A stretch of 60,602 nt of DNA, the filler included, from Sphacelaria rigidula (Eukaryota): assembly GCA_964200075.2 (NCBI GenBank). It is 9 parts of 9 records of this genome, joined end to end, with 100 filler letters (N's around TTAATTAATTAA, not from the genome) between each part and the next. Parts side by side here need not be neighbours in the genome. Positions count along the whole stretch, not along the records: positions 47,215 to 53,858 come from CAXNAA020018865.1; positions 53,959 to 60,602 come from CAXNAA020018866.1; 7 more parts are not named here. The stretch is one strand, 5' to 3'. Of this stretch, positions 50,301-60,602 are shown one piece after another (positions within the stretch are counted from its first letter, which is position 1; every line of letters begins with the position of its first letter). Both the position numbers and the translations under genes were made by a program. The notes under the pieces were generated by a model. That model was not told the DNA's origin. It saw only the letters and a list, made by a program, of their open reading frames with translations, and ran no database searches.

Positions 50301-52971
50301 AGCTGTGGCTGACTGTACAAGATGTTGCCGGGTACTGCGTTTGCGGGAGCGCGACTGGCTGATCGTCGGTACTCCTCGAAATTGGTCAGCTGTTTGTTAC
50401 CTCTACACTTGTGTTACTGTGGAAACTCACAAAGCCGACATATGCCAAGTTGAAGGTGAGGTCGACGCCGGAGTTGGCGAACGCAGCGTTCGTGGAAGCC
50501 AGGCCGCCGTAGATGATGGACGTCATCTGTGCTGGGGATATACCACCCATCTTCACCAGTGCGGCCTCCGTGTAGAGAACCATCACGTCGACCTGATGCG
50601 CATGTGCACGCAAGCAGTTCCGTCATTCCCCGATTCGGAGAAGAGATGGCGACAACGAAGACTTGTGAAACATGTAGGGAGCTAGAGAATGGAAGAGTGA
50701 GACCCTACGAGCGGGTCAACCATTTGACCACCAGAGTGAGCAAACTGGTCTTTTTCAGGGAAGATACCGATGCAGGTGATGACCAAGCCTGATGGTGAAG
50801 GATCAACACCCCTTTCCAGAACAGGCGAGAGTTCCGCTTCGACAGGAAACAATTGAATGTCATATGCATCCGCACTACCAGCTGGGAGTAGAAACCGATC
50901 CCCACTTTGTGATACTCACACTGGCCGAATCCACCTGCAGCTTGCGGGTCAGGGAGATATTGGTCAGGGTTGAGCGGAGACTGCGACGGGCTCCATCTTC
51001 CTCGATTAGATCGCTGTCTTCCAAGAAGGTGTCGACGGTAACCTGTGTCGTCATTGTGATCGGCAGGAGGAGTGTGTTGGGGAGTTATAACATCCAGTGA
51101 AGTGAAGGACCCGACATGTTCACCATTTCGGGGACTGTTGTATTTTTCGGGACAGCCGGAAAGTTTTCGAGCGGAGCCGTGAGCGTTTGCCTTCTCCAAT
51201 TGTTGGAAACACGGCTGGATATATGTCGCGCTTACATCCACCAAGCAAATGTCGACGTCGGCACCCGCTGCACACGGGATGGACTTCTTCATGACGGTGC
51301 TGCCATCGGTCTTGAACGAAGTCACCGTGAGCACGAACGTCTGAAGCAGTCACGGGACACAGCGTTTCAAAGGTGAAGAGCACGGGCGGAATGCGGGCAA
51401 AGACGGTAGTTGATTGTAAATTACGCGCTGATCTGATACCGACTCACCAACACTTGAGCATCGGGGTACTCTTAAAACCCGGCCTCGGAGGTCGTGTGGG
51501 TACAAAAGACCAACAACGCGTAACCTTCTACCCAAGCAAAGATCTTCACCACAAACCATACGGTGCCTGATGGCTACTTTTGTACAAACATATGCCTGTC
51601 GCATCCGTCATGATCGGAGGGCTGCGTCAATTCACCACAGTAATCATCGACACAAGTCGTCCAACACGTTCTCATGGAACACAGATAGAACGTTTACCTG
51701 GATTTCGCAAGGGTCGCTCCATGTCATGCTGATCTCACGAGGTGCAAGTTCGTCGGCACCCAGAGCAGGGCTGGAGATAATACCGTGCCAGGTCTGGTTA
51801 TGGGAACGAAAATACGAAAACACAGTGCAGGGGTGGGCAGCAACGATACCAAGAGGGATACATGCAGTCAGGTCGAGTGTTTATATCAACTATCACGAGA
51901 CACCAAACGAAGAACAGTAAATATCAACGCATCCCAGGGCTTGAACCCCGGCTTAAACCCCGCGACACATGCACCTCATGTTCAATTTCCGATGCCGGCA
52001 TAATACCCGCACAATATCCTCGTTCACAATGCTTGAAAGATTCGAGAAGCTAGCCTGAATCCTTAGTCGTACGTAAAATTGCTCAAAAGCAAGGTGAGAA
52101 TTCGCAAATAAAAAGAACGAGACGGGGGTACTTACGAGGCGTGCGATGTTGTCTTCGAAGTGAGACCCGTCCTTTGTCTCGAACAACACCTTGTCCGCCG
52201 TGATGGTCTGCCAGATAAGACACAACGGTACGACAGAGCCGGGCAAATAAAACACACAGCACGCCAACGTAGCGGGAATGAAATCCAAGGTAAAAATATC
52301 ACATTAAAACAGATGTCTTCAAGCCGTTCGTCTCAGTGGCTCAGTAGGCAACCTCGAAACCCTCTGTTGGTTAGGTCGTGGGTTCGAATCTCACAGCGAT
52401 CTGGGATTTCATGTCACACTATGCTAGGGACGCGACCATGTCGTGGGTGCACAAAACTCGACCTGATGCTCCGCGAGGAAAAGGGGGTGCAGAATCCCTT
52501 TCTTGATAAAGCAGAAAAGCGAGCACCGCGTAAAAAGGGGGAGAGGTCAAACAAAACAACAATGAATGGGCTCCTGAGGTGGCCTTCCCCCCGAGTGACG
52601 TGGCTGGTGCGCCCACATATATCGAAATTTGTAGACCGGCGTCCATAATGGATGGGACGGCATTACTCATGCTCGTCTTGAAAAACTTCCACACCAGCTT
52701 CTTTTTTGAGGGCGTACTCCACAATTAGGTGGGGATTCAGCCCACAGTTGTTTCGTGCGGAACAACTCAGTACACGGATCATGTGTGACAGGATATGTTT
52801 CACTCCATCATGACTGAAAACAGTTCCAACATGCCGAGATTCGGCATACAAGATCTGCCAAGATCAGCAAACCCACCTCCGAGGGGCTGAGGGGGATCTC
52901 AAGAGAGGCAGCGTCCTCCGCCGCTGCAAGCGTGGGGCAGTCCAGCGATGCAAAAACTACGAGTTCGCCGA
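47356..52971 (-). CDS. Metzincin-like (reprolysin/peptidyl-Asp metallopeptidase-like) protein with Pro/Thr linker and at least two WSC domains, catalytic residues substituted; partial; exons 52877-52971, 52136-52207, 51698-51793, 51236-51340, 50920-51042, 50431-50592, 50048-50193, 49530-49706, 48991-49132, 48578-48808, 48145-48207, 47722-47937, 47356-47412
   Basis: Thirteen canonical GT-AG exons join into 561 stop-free codons. The order is a prodomain-like region ending RKLQ, then VDVMVLYT..TNAAFANSGV..LRETYQADLV..HVFGRNLGCYR..FSTILSL..RINYFSNP, then (PPTTA)n, then WSC motifs YLGCWTD..MTTEKCAAYC..FFGTQFGSECFCG..CTMPCTGDADQICGG and a second, incomplete WSC. Confidence 0.92.
48678..48760 (-). 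repeat. 15-bp coding repeat encoding a (PPTTA)n mucin-like linker
   Basis: Translation VPPTTAPPTTAPPTTAPPTTAPPTTAPP within exon 48578-48808. Confidence 0.95.
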
Positions 52972-53423
52972 CTGCGAAGCGGAGTTGACCAGTTCGGAAG
53001 CGGCACATAAAGAAGAGCAGATGAAAGAATTCAGGCTTTACTACTAGTCCAACACGAGAGGAGTAATATCGCAGACGCGAGTAGATCGATCATCAGTGTT
53101 TCTCCTAGAAACACGACGACAGTTGGTTCTTTGCCGACGACTGGCGAGTGATCGTCTCCTGTTCTCAAGAGCAGTCAATTCGCCTCGCGCCGCACGCAAG
53201 GGATGATGGAAACGGCATGCACACATGGGAAGCAAGTGACGAGTGCGTTCAGCTTGAAATCATTCCAGCCATCCAAATCCCGATACACAGGAGCGTTCAT
53301 GTAAACGGTGCGCTATACCAGAGGTGCAAATTTGTGGTCACGAGCATTATTGGAAACGCTTGTTTTGACGATATTTACGAGCTGGGCCAGCCGAGAAGCG
53401 ATCCTGCAGTTTGCAGGCCCATG

Positions 53424-53632
53424 ATACGGCCAATACTTGGAGCTGGACCGTGAAATTTGGTGTGGACATGAGTAGGGCATGGTGAAAAATATTACTGGCG
53501 TACACAAGGTTTCTTTTTCCGTGAGTTGAGGGCATTTTACCGAAATCTGAAAACAGACTATTGCCCTCAACTCATGAAAAAAACAAAACCAAACTTTATG
53601 TACGCCAGTAATCTTCAAGTATTGGCCGTATA
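53424..53632. mobile_element. Foldback element related to 57162-57424
   Basis: ATACGGCCAATACTTG..ATTACTGGCGTACA..TGAGTTGAGGGCA is mirrored by TGCCCTCAACTCA..TGTACGCCAGTAAT..CAAGTATTGGCCGTAT. The upstream motif CGAGCTGGGCCAGCC also occurs at ~35682 and ~55497. Confidence 0.75.
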
Positions 53633-56462
53633 TTCGGCCGTTTGGTGACAGGGTCAGAAGAAAGTCGGAACAGTATTTTACAGGCCATTTACCGGCCCAT
53701 GTGTTTTGAAACTTTGTGTGGGGCGTGGCTAGGGCGTCATCAACAAAACAGTGGATCAGGTTGATTTTTTTCAATTTTTTCACGGTTGGGACAAATAATG
53801 ATTCGTCAGGAAATTATTTGGTTTTGTTATAGCGAGTTGACTCGTGATGAATGAATCCNNNNNNNNNNNNNNNNNNNNNNNNNNNNNNNNNNNNNNNNNN
53901 NNTTAATTAATTAANNNNNNNNNNNNNNNNNNNNNNNNNNNNNNNNNNNNNNNNNNNNTGGGTTGTACTAATGTGCAGCATGCCCATAGTGGTGGGGGCG
54001 TTAGAGGTGGCGTACATATAGTCTGGGGTTTGTTTTGGGCACCCCTGGTTCACAACACCGTTATAATGACGAGAGATCACGATATGTTCCAATCTAGGGG
54101 GGACAAGTAGTGATACTGAAAATTCCATGCAATGCTGGTGATGGGAGTAACGCCAGCATGGCTACTACTGGTGACGGGAAAGTCAGCTGTGCACCTCATC
54201 AAGAGTCGAACTACTCGATCCTGGCAACCACTTCACGTCCCTCTCGCATCTTCATTGGATTGTTCTCCCGCTCTCACTCTTTTTTATTCCAAAATGGTCA
54301 ACACTTTCACGGCGAGAATTGGTGATCTGTTGAATGGGCATTGATTTCACTTGAAAGAAGTATGCATGACCCTGATGGACTACCCTCACGGCCCAGGGCT
54401 TATTTTTTGCGAGAGTGATTTCCGGGGGGTGATGAGAGTGTGGCATCCGCTCTCAACCAATCGGGAGGACAACAAAAATATATTGCGACGATCGCCATAA
54501 TCACTCTCGCTCTCACGGTGTGTTCTCACGTTTCTTGTCTCGTTAGAACGGGTCCTTAGGGTATCGAATAAGCGGTAGAGTTTACCCCAGTTTGTATACC
54601 CAAATCCACCTTCGAAACATGCTTGATTCTAGTGGGAACACCGAGATTCGGATCCATATGGCTTGCCGCCGTGCCCCGGTGGTGAAATGGCCCGATCGTC
54701 ACCATTAGGGTGGAGAGAACGAGGGTTCAATTCCCGATGCGTGGGTTTTTTCTTCGTAATATGGTATCTGATTTCCACCGTGGAAAGCGTGAGAAGGTGA
54801 GTAAACAAAGAAATTGCCTGACTTTGTTTGGCTCGAGTTGACGCGGCGCGGGAGTGCTGACTGACCCTATAGGCGAGACCAAAATGCAAGATGTGTACCG
54901 GGGAGAGATGGGTTGATCCCTTGAGACCACGGACTCGTCCCGAGGAGGGGGAGGGGTTCAAAGTGCAACGAATAAATAAAGAAATGAATTAAAAAAAAAC
55001 CCGAGCGAGATGATAGTCTCAAGTGCTCCTACCGTGCGCAAAACGCATTCTCATTCCGTTGTCCAGAGGGTTTGACAAACTTTGAGAGAAGGCAGTAAGA
55101 TCCAATACATGGTGTTCACATACACCGTGAGGATGTGGACTTTTCACAAGCAAGTCGTCGGCGGTATAGCTATCAAGTCTTGGTGCACCACGATACGTAC
55201 AGTAAGACGTGAAACGGTACTCCGCACGTTCTAGTGTAGAGTACCTATCCTAACCCTATTAATAACGGTCTCTGTGCTGGTGGAGTAAAACGCAAGTCAA
55301 CGCGAAAATATGCCACATTACCGGACAACAAACATCACGGGAGTTTTGACGTGAAGAGTCCGTTGCTCTAGCGAATCAGCGTGTACCAAACGCGAGTATT
55401 TGAATATTTGAAGGCAACTTGCTTGTAATGAGGGGGGGGGGGGGGGGTCCGGCGGTCGAGACGCCAAAAAAGCTTCGCAGTTGCAGGATTTCACGACGAG
55501 CTGGGCCAGCCTAAAAACGGATTTAAGCTCTCAAAGCGATATCTCAACGACACAGACGAGTTGGGCCGTGATCCGCAAATCGTATTAATCGTCTTATCAA
55601 GGGAAAGGTGTCCATCTGCTCAACAATATGGGCCAATATTTTCTCGTTAATTAAACCCCATGTCTAGTAATTCCTATACCTACCGGAGATAGCGTCTACA
55701 CTAAAATCTATACGAAACCCCGGACGATCGATTAAGCGGCTGTTGAAAAATTTTGGTGTGGACCTTCCCTGAAGCACGGGGAGACGATAGATACCCTCAC
55801 CTTCACCTAATTCGGTATCTATCTCGAGATATGGATCCTTTTGGTCTTTGTTCATGCTTGTGTTTTGTCTGTGTTTGTCGTTATTTTGTTGTTTCTGCTG
55901 TTGTTTGTTCCTGTTCCTGTTGTTTGTTGTTGTTGTTGGTGGTGGTAGTCGCGTTTTTTGTTGTTATCGCTGCACCCTTTCTTTCCTTTCTGAGGCCGTT
56001 GCTTCTGTCGTTTTTCTGTTCCTTTCTTTCTTTATTGTACTTTTATTTTTATTTATTATGTTCTATTTTTGCTGCTCCTTACCACGGGCTGGATTGTTGC
56101 AATCAGCTAATGTGAGATAATCAGTCAAATCACTCAATCAATGGCGCACATAAATTTACACACTGAAATCAGTATATTACGCAGAGATACTAGATGATCT
56201 AAATCTGGATGTCGCGTCTCAGTTTTTGAGAGTTGTCCTATGCAATTTGGTATGGAGAACCACAGCTTTTTCGGGGTTTTTTTCTTCGTTTTCATCTTTT
56301 ATCGTGTTTTTAGGAGAATTTTGAGGAGAAATGAATATTGCTCCTGGGTCTCATCTCAATTTTTCAGCTCAACTTTCAGAATTTTGATTTGAAACTTGGC
56401 ACGGAGAACGACAGAGGTCTACTGAGTTAAAAAAAAAAGGGCCTTCATTTTTTTTTTTCATG

Positions 56463-56941
56463 AGGCCGCTTCTTACAACAGACAAAAATAAAAATCTGGA
56501 AAGGTGCCTTCTTCGAGCTTTTACATCGTTTTACGCCCCAAAAGAGAGCTAGGCGGAGTTTGACACCTTGGAATGACTTGCCCTACTAGTTGAGGCGGTT
56601 CCAGGAATATCTTCCCGTTTTCCGGTGGCTGCAGTTTTTATTTTTGCCAAACGAGAATTTTTGTCCAAGGACGGTCAACAACAGCCAAATCTAGAAAAAA
56701 TCGCCACTTTTCTCTGAACTTGACGATTTTAACCGCTCTTGGACAAAAACTCTTGTTTGGCCAAAAAAAACTGCAGCCACCGGAAAAAGGGACGATGTCC
56801 TGGAACCGTCTAAACTAGTAAAGCAAGTCATTCCAGGGTGTCAAACTCCGCCTAGCTGCGTTTTGAGGCGTAAAACGACGTAAAAGCTCCAAAAAGGCAC
56901 TCTCACAGATGTTTATTTCTGTCTGTTACAAGGAGCGGCCT
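56463..56941. mobile_element. Foldback/MITE-like element with ~225-bp inverted arms
   Basis: AGGCCGCT..CGTTTTACGCC..AGCTAGGCGGAGTTTGACACC.TGGAATGACTTGC..TTTTCCGGTGGCTGCAGTTTTT..TTTTTGTCCAAG is mirrored at 56735-56941. Confidence 0.92.
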
Positions 56942-57161
56942 GAGAGGTTCGGGCGTTCTCGTAAAAAAAATGGTCGGTGCCATACTAAAACGCCCTCAAT
57001 CAGTGAAAAATAAAAATAAAAATCAACCTCACCCATTTTTCTTGGTTCATCACAACCGAGCGAGGTCCCGCACAGAGTTTCAACCCACGAACACCAAACG
57101 TGGACCGATAAAGGGCCTGCAACATACTGTTCCGAATTTCCGCCGGCCCGGTTTTTCAAAC

Positions 57162-57424
57162 GTGAAATCGCAATTTTTAGCTTGGAGTTGGACAGTGAAA
57201 TTTGGTATGGCCAATCAACAGGGCATGAAGAAAAGCTGTCTGTAAGGTCCCGAAGTTTTTCTTCATGAGTTAAGGGCAATAATCAGTTTTGAGGTTTGAG
57301 AATTCACCGGTGACTCATGAAAAAAAAAACTCCCGGGACCTCACAGACAGCTTTTCTCCATGCCCTGTTGATCGTCCATACCAAATTTCACTTTCCAACT
57401 CCAAGAAAAAAATTGCGAATTCGC
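57162..57424. mobile_element. Foldback element with ~110-bp inverted arms
   Basis: TTGGAGTTGGA.AGTGAAATTTGGTATGG..ATCAACAGGGCATG.AGAAAAGCTGTCTGT.AGGTCCCG is mirrored at 57312-57424. Confidence 0.9.
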
Positions 57425-59066
57425 CTGCAAGGTCCAAATCCGCTTGTCGGCTGACCCAGCCTGTACTCACTTCACGAGGTACCTATCTACGACACATGTA
57501 CCCAATATCAAAAGTTGCTGGCATGGTGTCCAGACAAAGTGGGGCGTTTTGATTCCCCTTCGGTGTTATGCGCTACTGCGTTGATTAACTCAAACAGGGG
57601 GGATATCAGCGGCCGCCTGCTATCGATACACAAATCGAGCTAAATACAGGTCAAGAGAATACTTACCATCAACAGCCCTCGAACACCGTAAGCCATCTCA
57701 GCTACGGCGCCGAAGCAAATCAAAGGTTCAGCTTGTGGAAGTCTCGGGGAATTGCATGAAACGCTACGTCAGTGATAACTATGTATTGAGTGGCCGCGGC
57801 TTCGAGACAGTAAACGCGAAGGTTTATGCATCAAATAGGGAGATCCGAATAATGGTGCCTGGATATGTGGGGACGCCTATTCGCGGCGGTTCAAGACCCC
57901 AGACAACGTGGAACACAGATAACATGGGTGACGCGGCATAACACCCCTGTGTGACTGGGACGCTCACGAATCACAATTTCTTTGAAAGCTTCGGCCTTCA
58001 CGTCCCCGCCGTACGTTGTTTTGTTGGAGATATTTCGTCGACATTTCATCATAAAGTTAATATCTCGGCATTATTTCCAGCAATATTCAAGGTGGAAAAG
58101 ATCCCAAGCGGAGGGTGTTATACTCCGTCAGATGTTGCAGTCAGGATCGCAACACCTGGCTTTACGATGGCTTACGCCAACACGTAGAGCCGCTCTAATG
58201 GAGCTCGAAATTGAAAGCAAGACACAGGCTCTGATCTGTTCATGTCATATATGCGACCCGAAACCTTACGCTGGGTTCACAAGGGGTCGCGGTATGGTGC
58301 ATCAACACAAGCAGACTGTACATAGTGCCGTCAGCCGTCAGCTTGCCATATCACCCGACAAAGTAGTTACGCTACATTGCACACTGGCCCTAGCGATGTT
58401 CATGGGGGCGAGATTACTCAATCCTCGATACCTGTGTAACACCCAGCGCCCGGAAAGCGGTAGGCGATGGCGCGGCGGTGAACGCGAGGCCATAGCAGTA
58501 GTTCCCAAGCGCCAGCACGGCAGTCAGTAGGCAATAAATACGCATCATGGCAGCGGGGAGTACTCTCAATAGGGCGAATGTAAAACTGCAGGTGAATGAC
58601 TGATTGCAGGCTGCGTGCGTGGGTGCGTGGGTGCGGAGTGCGGAGAGAGAGGCGAAACGTCACATGAAACGGTCAGAATTATCATTTTTAAATTTCATGT
58701 CATGGTCTATAACACCCCCTGAACGCAGTCGTAGTGGAGTCGGCAGGCTTCGGGATCAACGTTATCACAAAGACTATGGTGTAAAGCTGTGGAAAAATTT
58801 ATTAGCTACACCCGGGAAGAACTCCGAATCGAGTTTACCCACTATATCACGAAAATGAGCGACGTCTTTTTTCAGCATCGACACCGGATGATGACGTATG
58901 CACATGTCGCCTGCGTACGTGTCGGCGAGATATCTGTCATATCACCACCGCTGCTCTCCTTGCTGGGCTCCACAGCTGCATACGCAGGAGTCAAAATACC
59001 GTTTTGTGTCGAATCCTCGAACGACATTACGCCACCGCCTATCAGAATCTCCAGTAGCTAGCAGCT

Positions 59067-59249
59067 ATGAAATGGATATTGGCGATTGTCGTGATATTCT
59101 GTATAATGTCTGGTGAAGTATTTGGATTCGTCCTCCCCGTCGTCGGGCGTGCAGCTGTAGCAGCAAGTCGTACGCGTGACGTGGGCGCGATGGCAGGTGT
59201 CGTCGGGAGCGGGCGACGGCGAGCTGCAACGACGACCGACTTGAAAATG
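59067..59249 (+). CDS. First exon of a nucleus-encoded, probably plastid-targeted protein (bipartite presequence)
   Basis: MKWILAIVVIFCIMSGEVFG|FVLP.. is a hydrophobic signal peptide with Phe at +1 (ASAFAP-like). It is followed by an Arg/Ala-rich transit peptide ending LKM and a GTGAGT donor. Mature-protein exons were not identified. Confidence 0.75.
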
Positions 59250-60602
59250 GTGAGTGAGGTATTGATGTGGTGTCTGAGGAGAAGCACATGCGTATTTACT
59301 ATGAGGATAATTGTGTTCGCAATTTTCAAAAGAAACAACTCATGGATGCGACCCGTTAGGTATGTAAAGGAACTGTCGAACGCGGACGGACGTATTTTCG
59401 TAGTTTCCTGTCTGTAAACGAAGCCCCTGCACATGTCACCCTGTCTGCCATGTGTGACTGCTGATGCGGATATCACGTTTGCTAACGCTAGTTGAGTGAG
59501 TTACCGTTGGCGCTGTCGTTGCCACCCAGCCGCACTATTTCCGTGGGTTGCTTGCCATATATATTCTCGGTCGATCACTCGTGATATCCAGCAAACCACC
59601 GCCGACACACCGCGAGCACAGCACACCGGTACAAAGTACTTGCATTCAAGGTGATATCAAGCCACGTGCGCGGTAACCCCAGAGTTAGATCGGTAGCTAT
59701 TGTGATATCGGGTCCCCATTCCTTTCGACATTCGTGTGACTTGCTTGTTCCATTGTTGAGTTTATGGTGAAAGAGGGTGATACACGTACTTTGGGCCGTT
59801 CACACGGTTCCTGAACCTAACAACCTGTCGCAGAGATATTCATCTATGGCGCAGGATCTTATTATCCTCTTGATGGAGAACGACAGGTGTCACCTGGCTC
59901 GTGGAGTATTGCAAATTTCATTTACTCATATTCGCATGTAAAAACACGGTGACTACTTGATGTGCTAAATTGCGCCTTTGGTTCCCATAAGTGTAGTACG
60001 ACTCACGGGTGCTTCGTTGTTCGTCCTGCGTTTTTTCGCCCTTTGAAACGATGTAGTCGTCGTCGGTCTAAGTATTGATATTTCCCGGGATGGACCAGGC
60101 CTTAGCAACCACTGCAGACAATCCTGCATACCTCAGTTTTTTTGTCCAGAGCGCGGCACCGTGCCGCCTAGAGTAGGGAGTGTGCTGAACCGTTTTTTTG
60201 GGCAGGAGGGTGGACAAGAAAACTCGTACTTATGCCCTATGACCCGAACCTGAGCTCTGTTTTGCAAACAGTGGGGTAGAAGTACGGTCAGGTTCAGAAA
60301 TCGCTGTGCGATCGCCCGTTTGCAGTTCAGAGTTTAGAGCAAGGTCTTGGGTTGTTGGGCTAGGTTTCCAGTCATACTGCATCAAAGCTGCCGCGCCCCA
60401 CTGATTTTCCAGTACAACTGTCACCGCTAGATCGGAAAAGGCGTGTTCGGTTCCCGGCATATGCACATACTTTTTTCTTACATATGTGAATTCCGCCCTT
60501 GAGATCGTTTCTCACGATTGGTATGCTGAGGGGGCGTACTCATTTGTTGCTTGCCTTAGTCATTTGACCATTGACCACGCATCCCTTTCGAGACGGAGCA
60601 CC

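Noticed and set aside
52322..52400. tRNA-like sequences (also ~23420-23488, ~25965-26047, ~38165-38232, ~54672-54740)
   Set aside because: They lack a convincing cloverleaf and continue into shared repeat bodies, so they are SINE heads rather than tRNA genes.
6646..53958. Regularly spaced TTAATTAATTAA palindromes within N-runs
   Set aside because: These are synthetic six-frame-stop linkers between length-sorted contigs. No synteny or gene clustering can be inferred across them.
57735..58530. Run of medium ORFs on the plus strand
   Set aside because: They are interrupted by stops and have no recognisable motif or clear splice pattern, so I cannot support a gene call.

Overview
This window is not one locus. 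It is nine unrelated eukaryotic contigs of 6,644-6,645 bp (1-6645, 6746-13390, 13491-20135, 20236-26880, 26981-33625, 33726-40370, 40471-47114, 47215-53858, 53959-60602) joined by artificial 100-nt spacers (N44-TTAATTAATTAA-N44). Short GT-AG exons in long repeat-rich introns, WSC-domain genes and a bipartite plastid presequence point to a brown alga or related ochrophyte (inference). Most ORFs in the supplied track are spurious, so I assembled spliced genes by hand. These are a UBX-domain protein, an SLC26/SulP STAS-cNMP transporter, exportin-T, the first exon of a plastid-targeted protein, one orphan exon, and a 13-exon metzincin-like/WSC protein. Mobile DNA includes a decayed Ty1/copia, a two-LTR chromodomain Ty3/gypsy with internal deletions, two tRNA-derived SINE families, several foldback MITEs, a 1.2-kb TIR element, an intronless OTU pseudogene and minisatellites. 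Two observations stand out. (1) The metzincin-WSC gene keeps an open 561-codon spliced frame but has lost the catalytic Glu, two of three zinc histidines and the Met-turn, so it is a candidate pseudo-protease. (2) A ~40-nt element occurs on four independent contigs, starts at the same point after a G-run, and in one copy has a perfect 18-bp target-site duplication. All family assignments come from motif recognition, not database searches.
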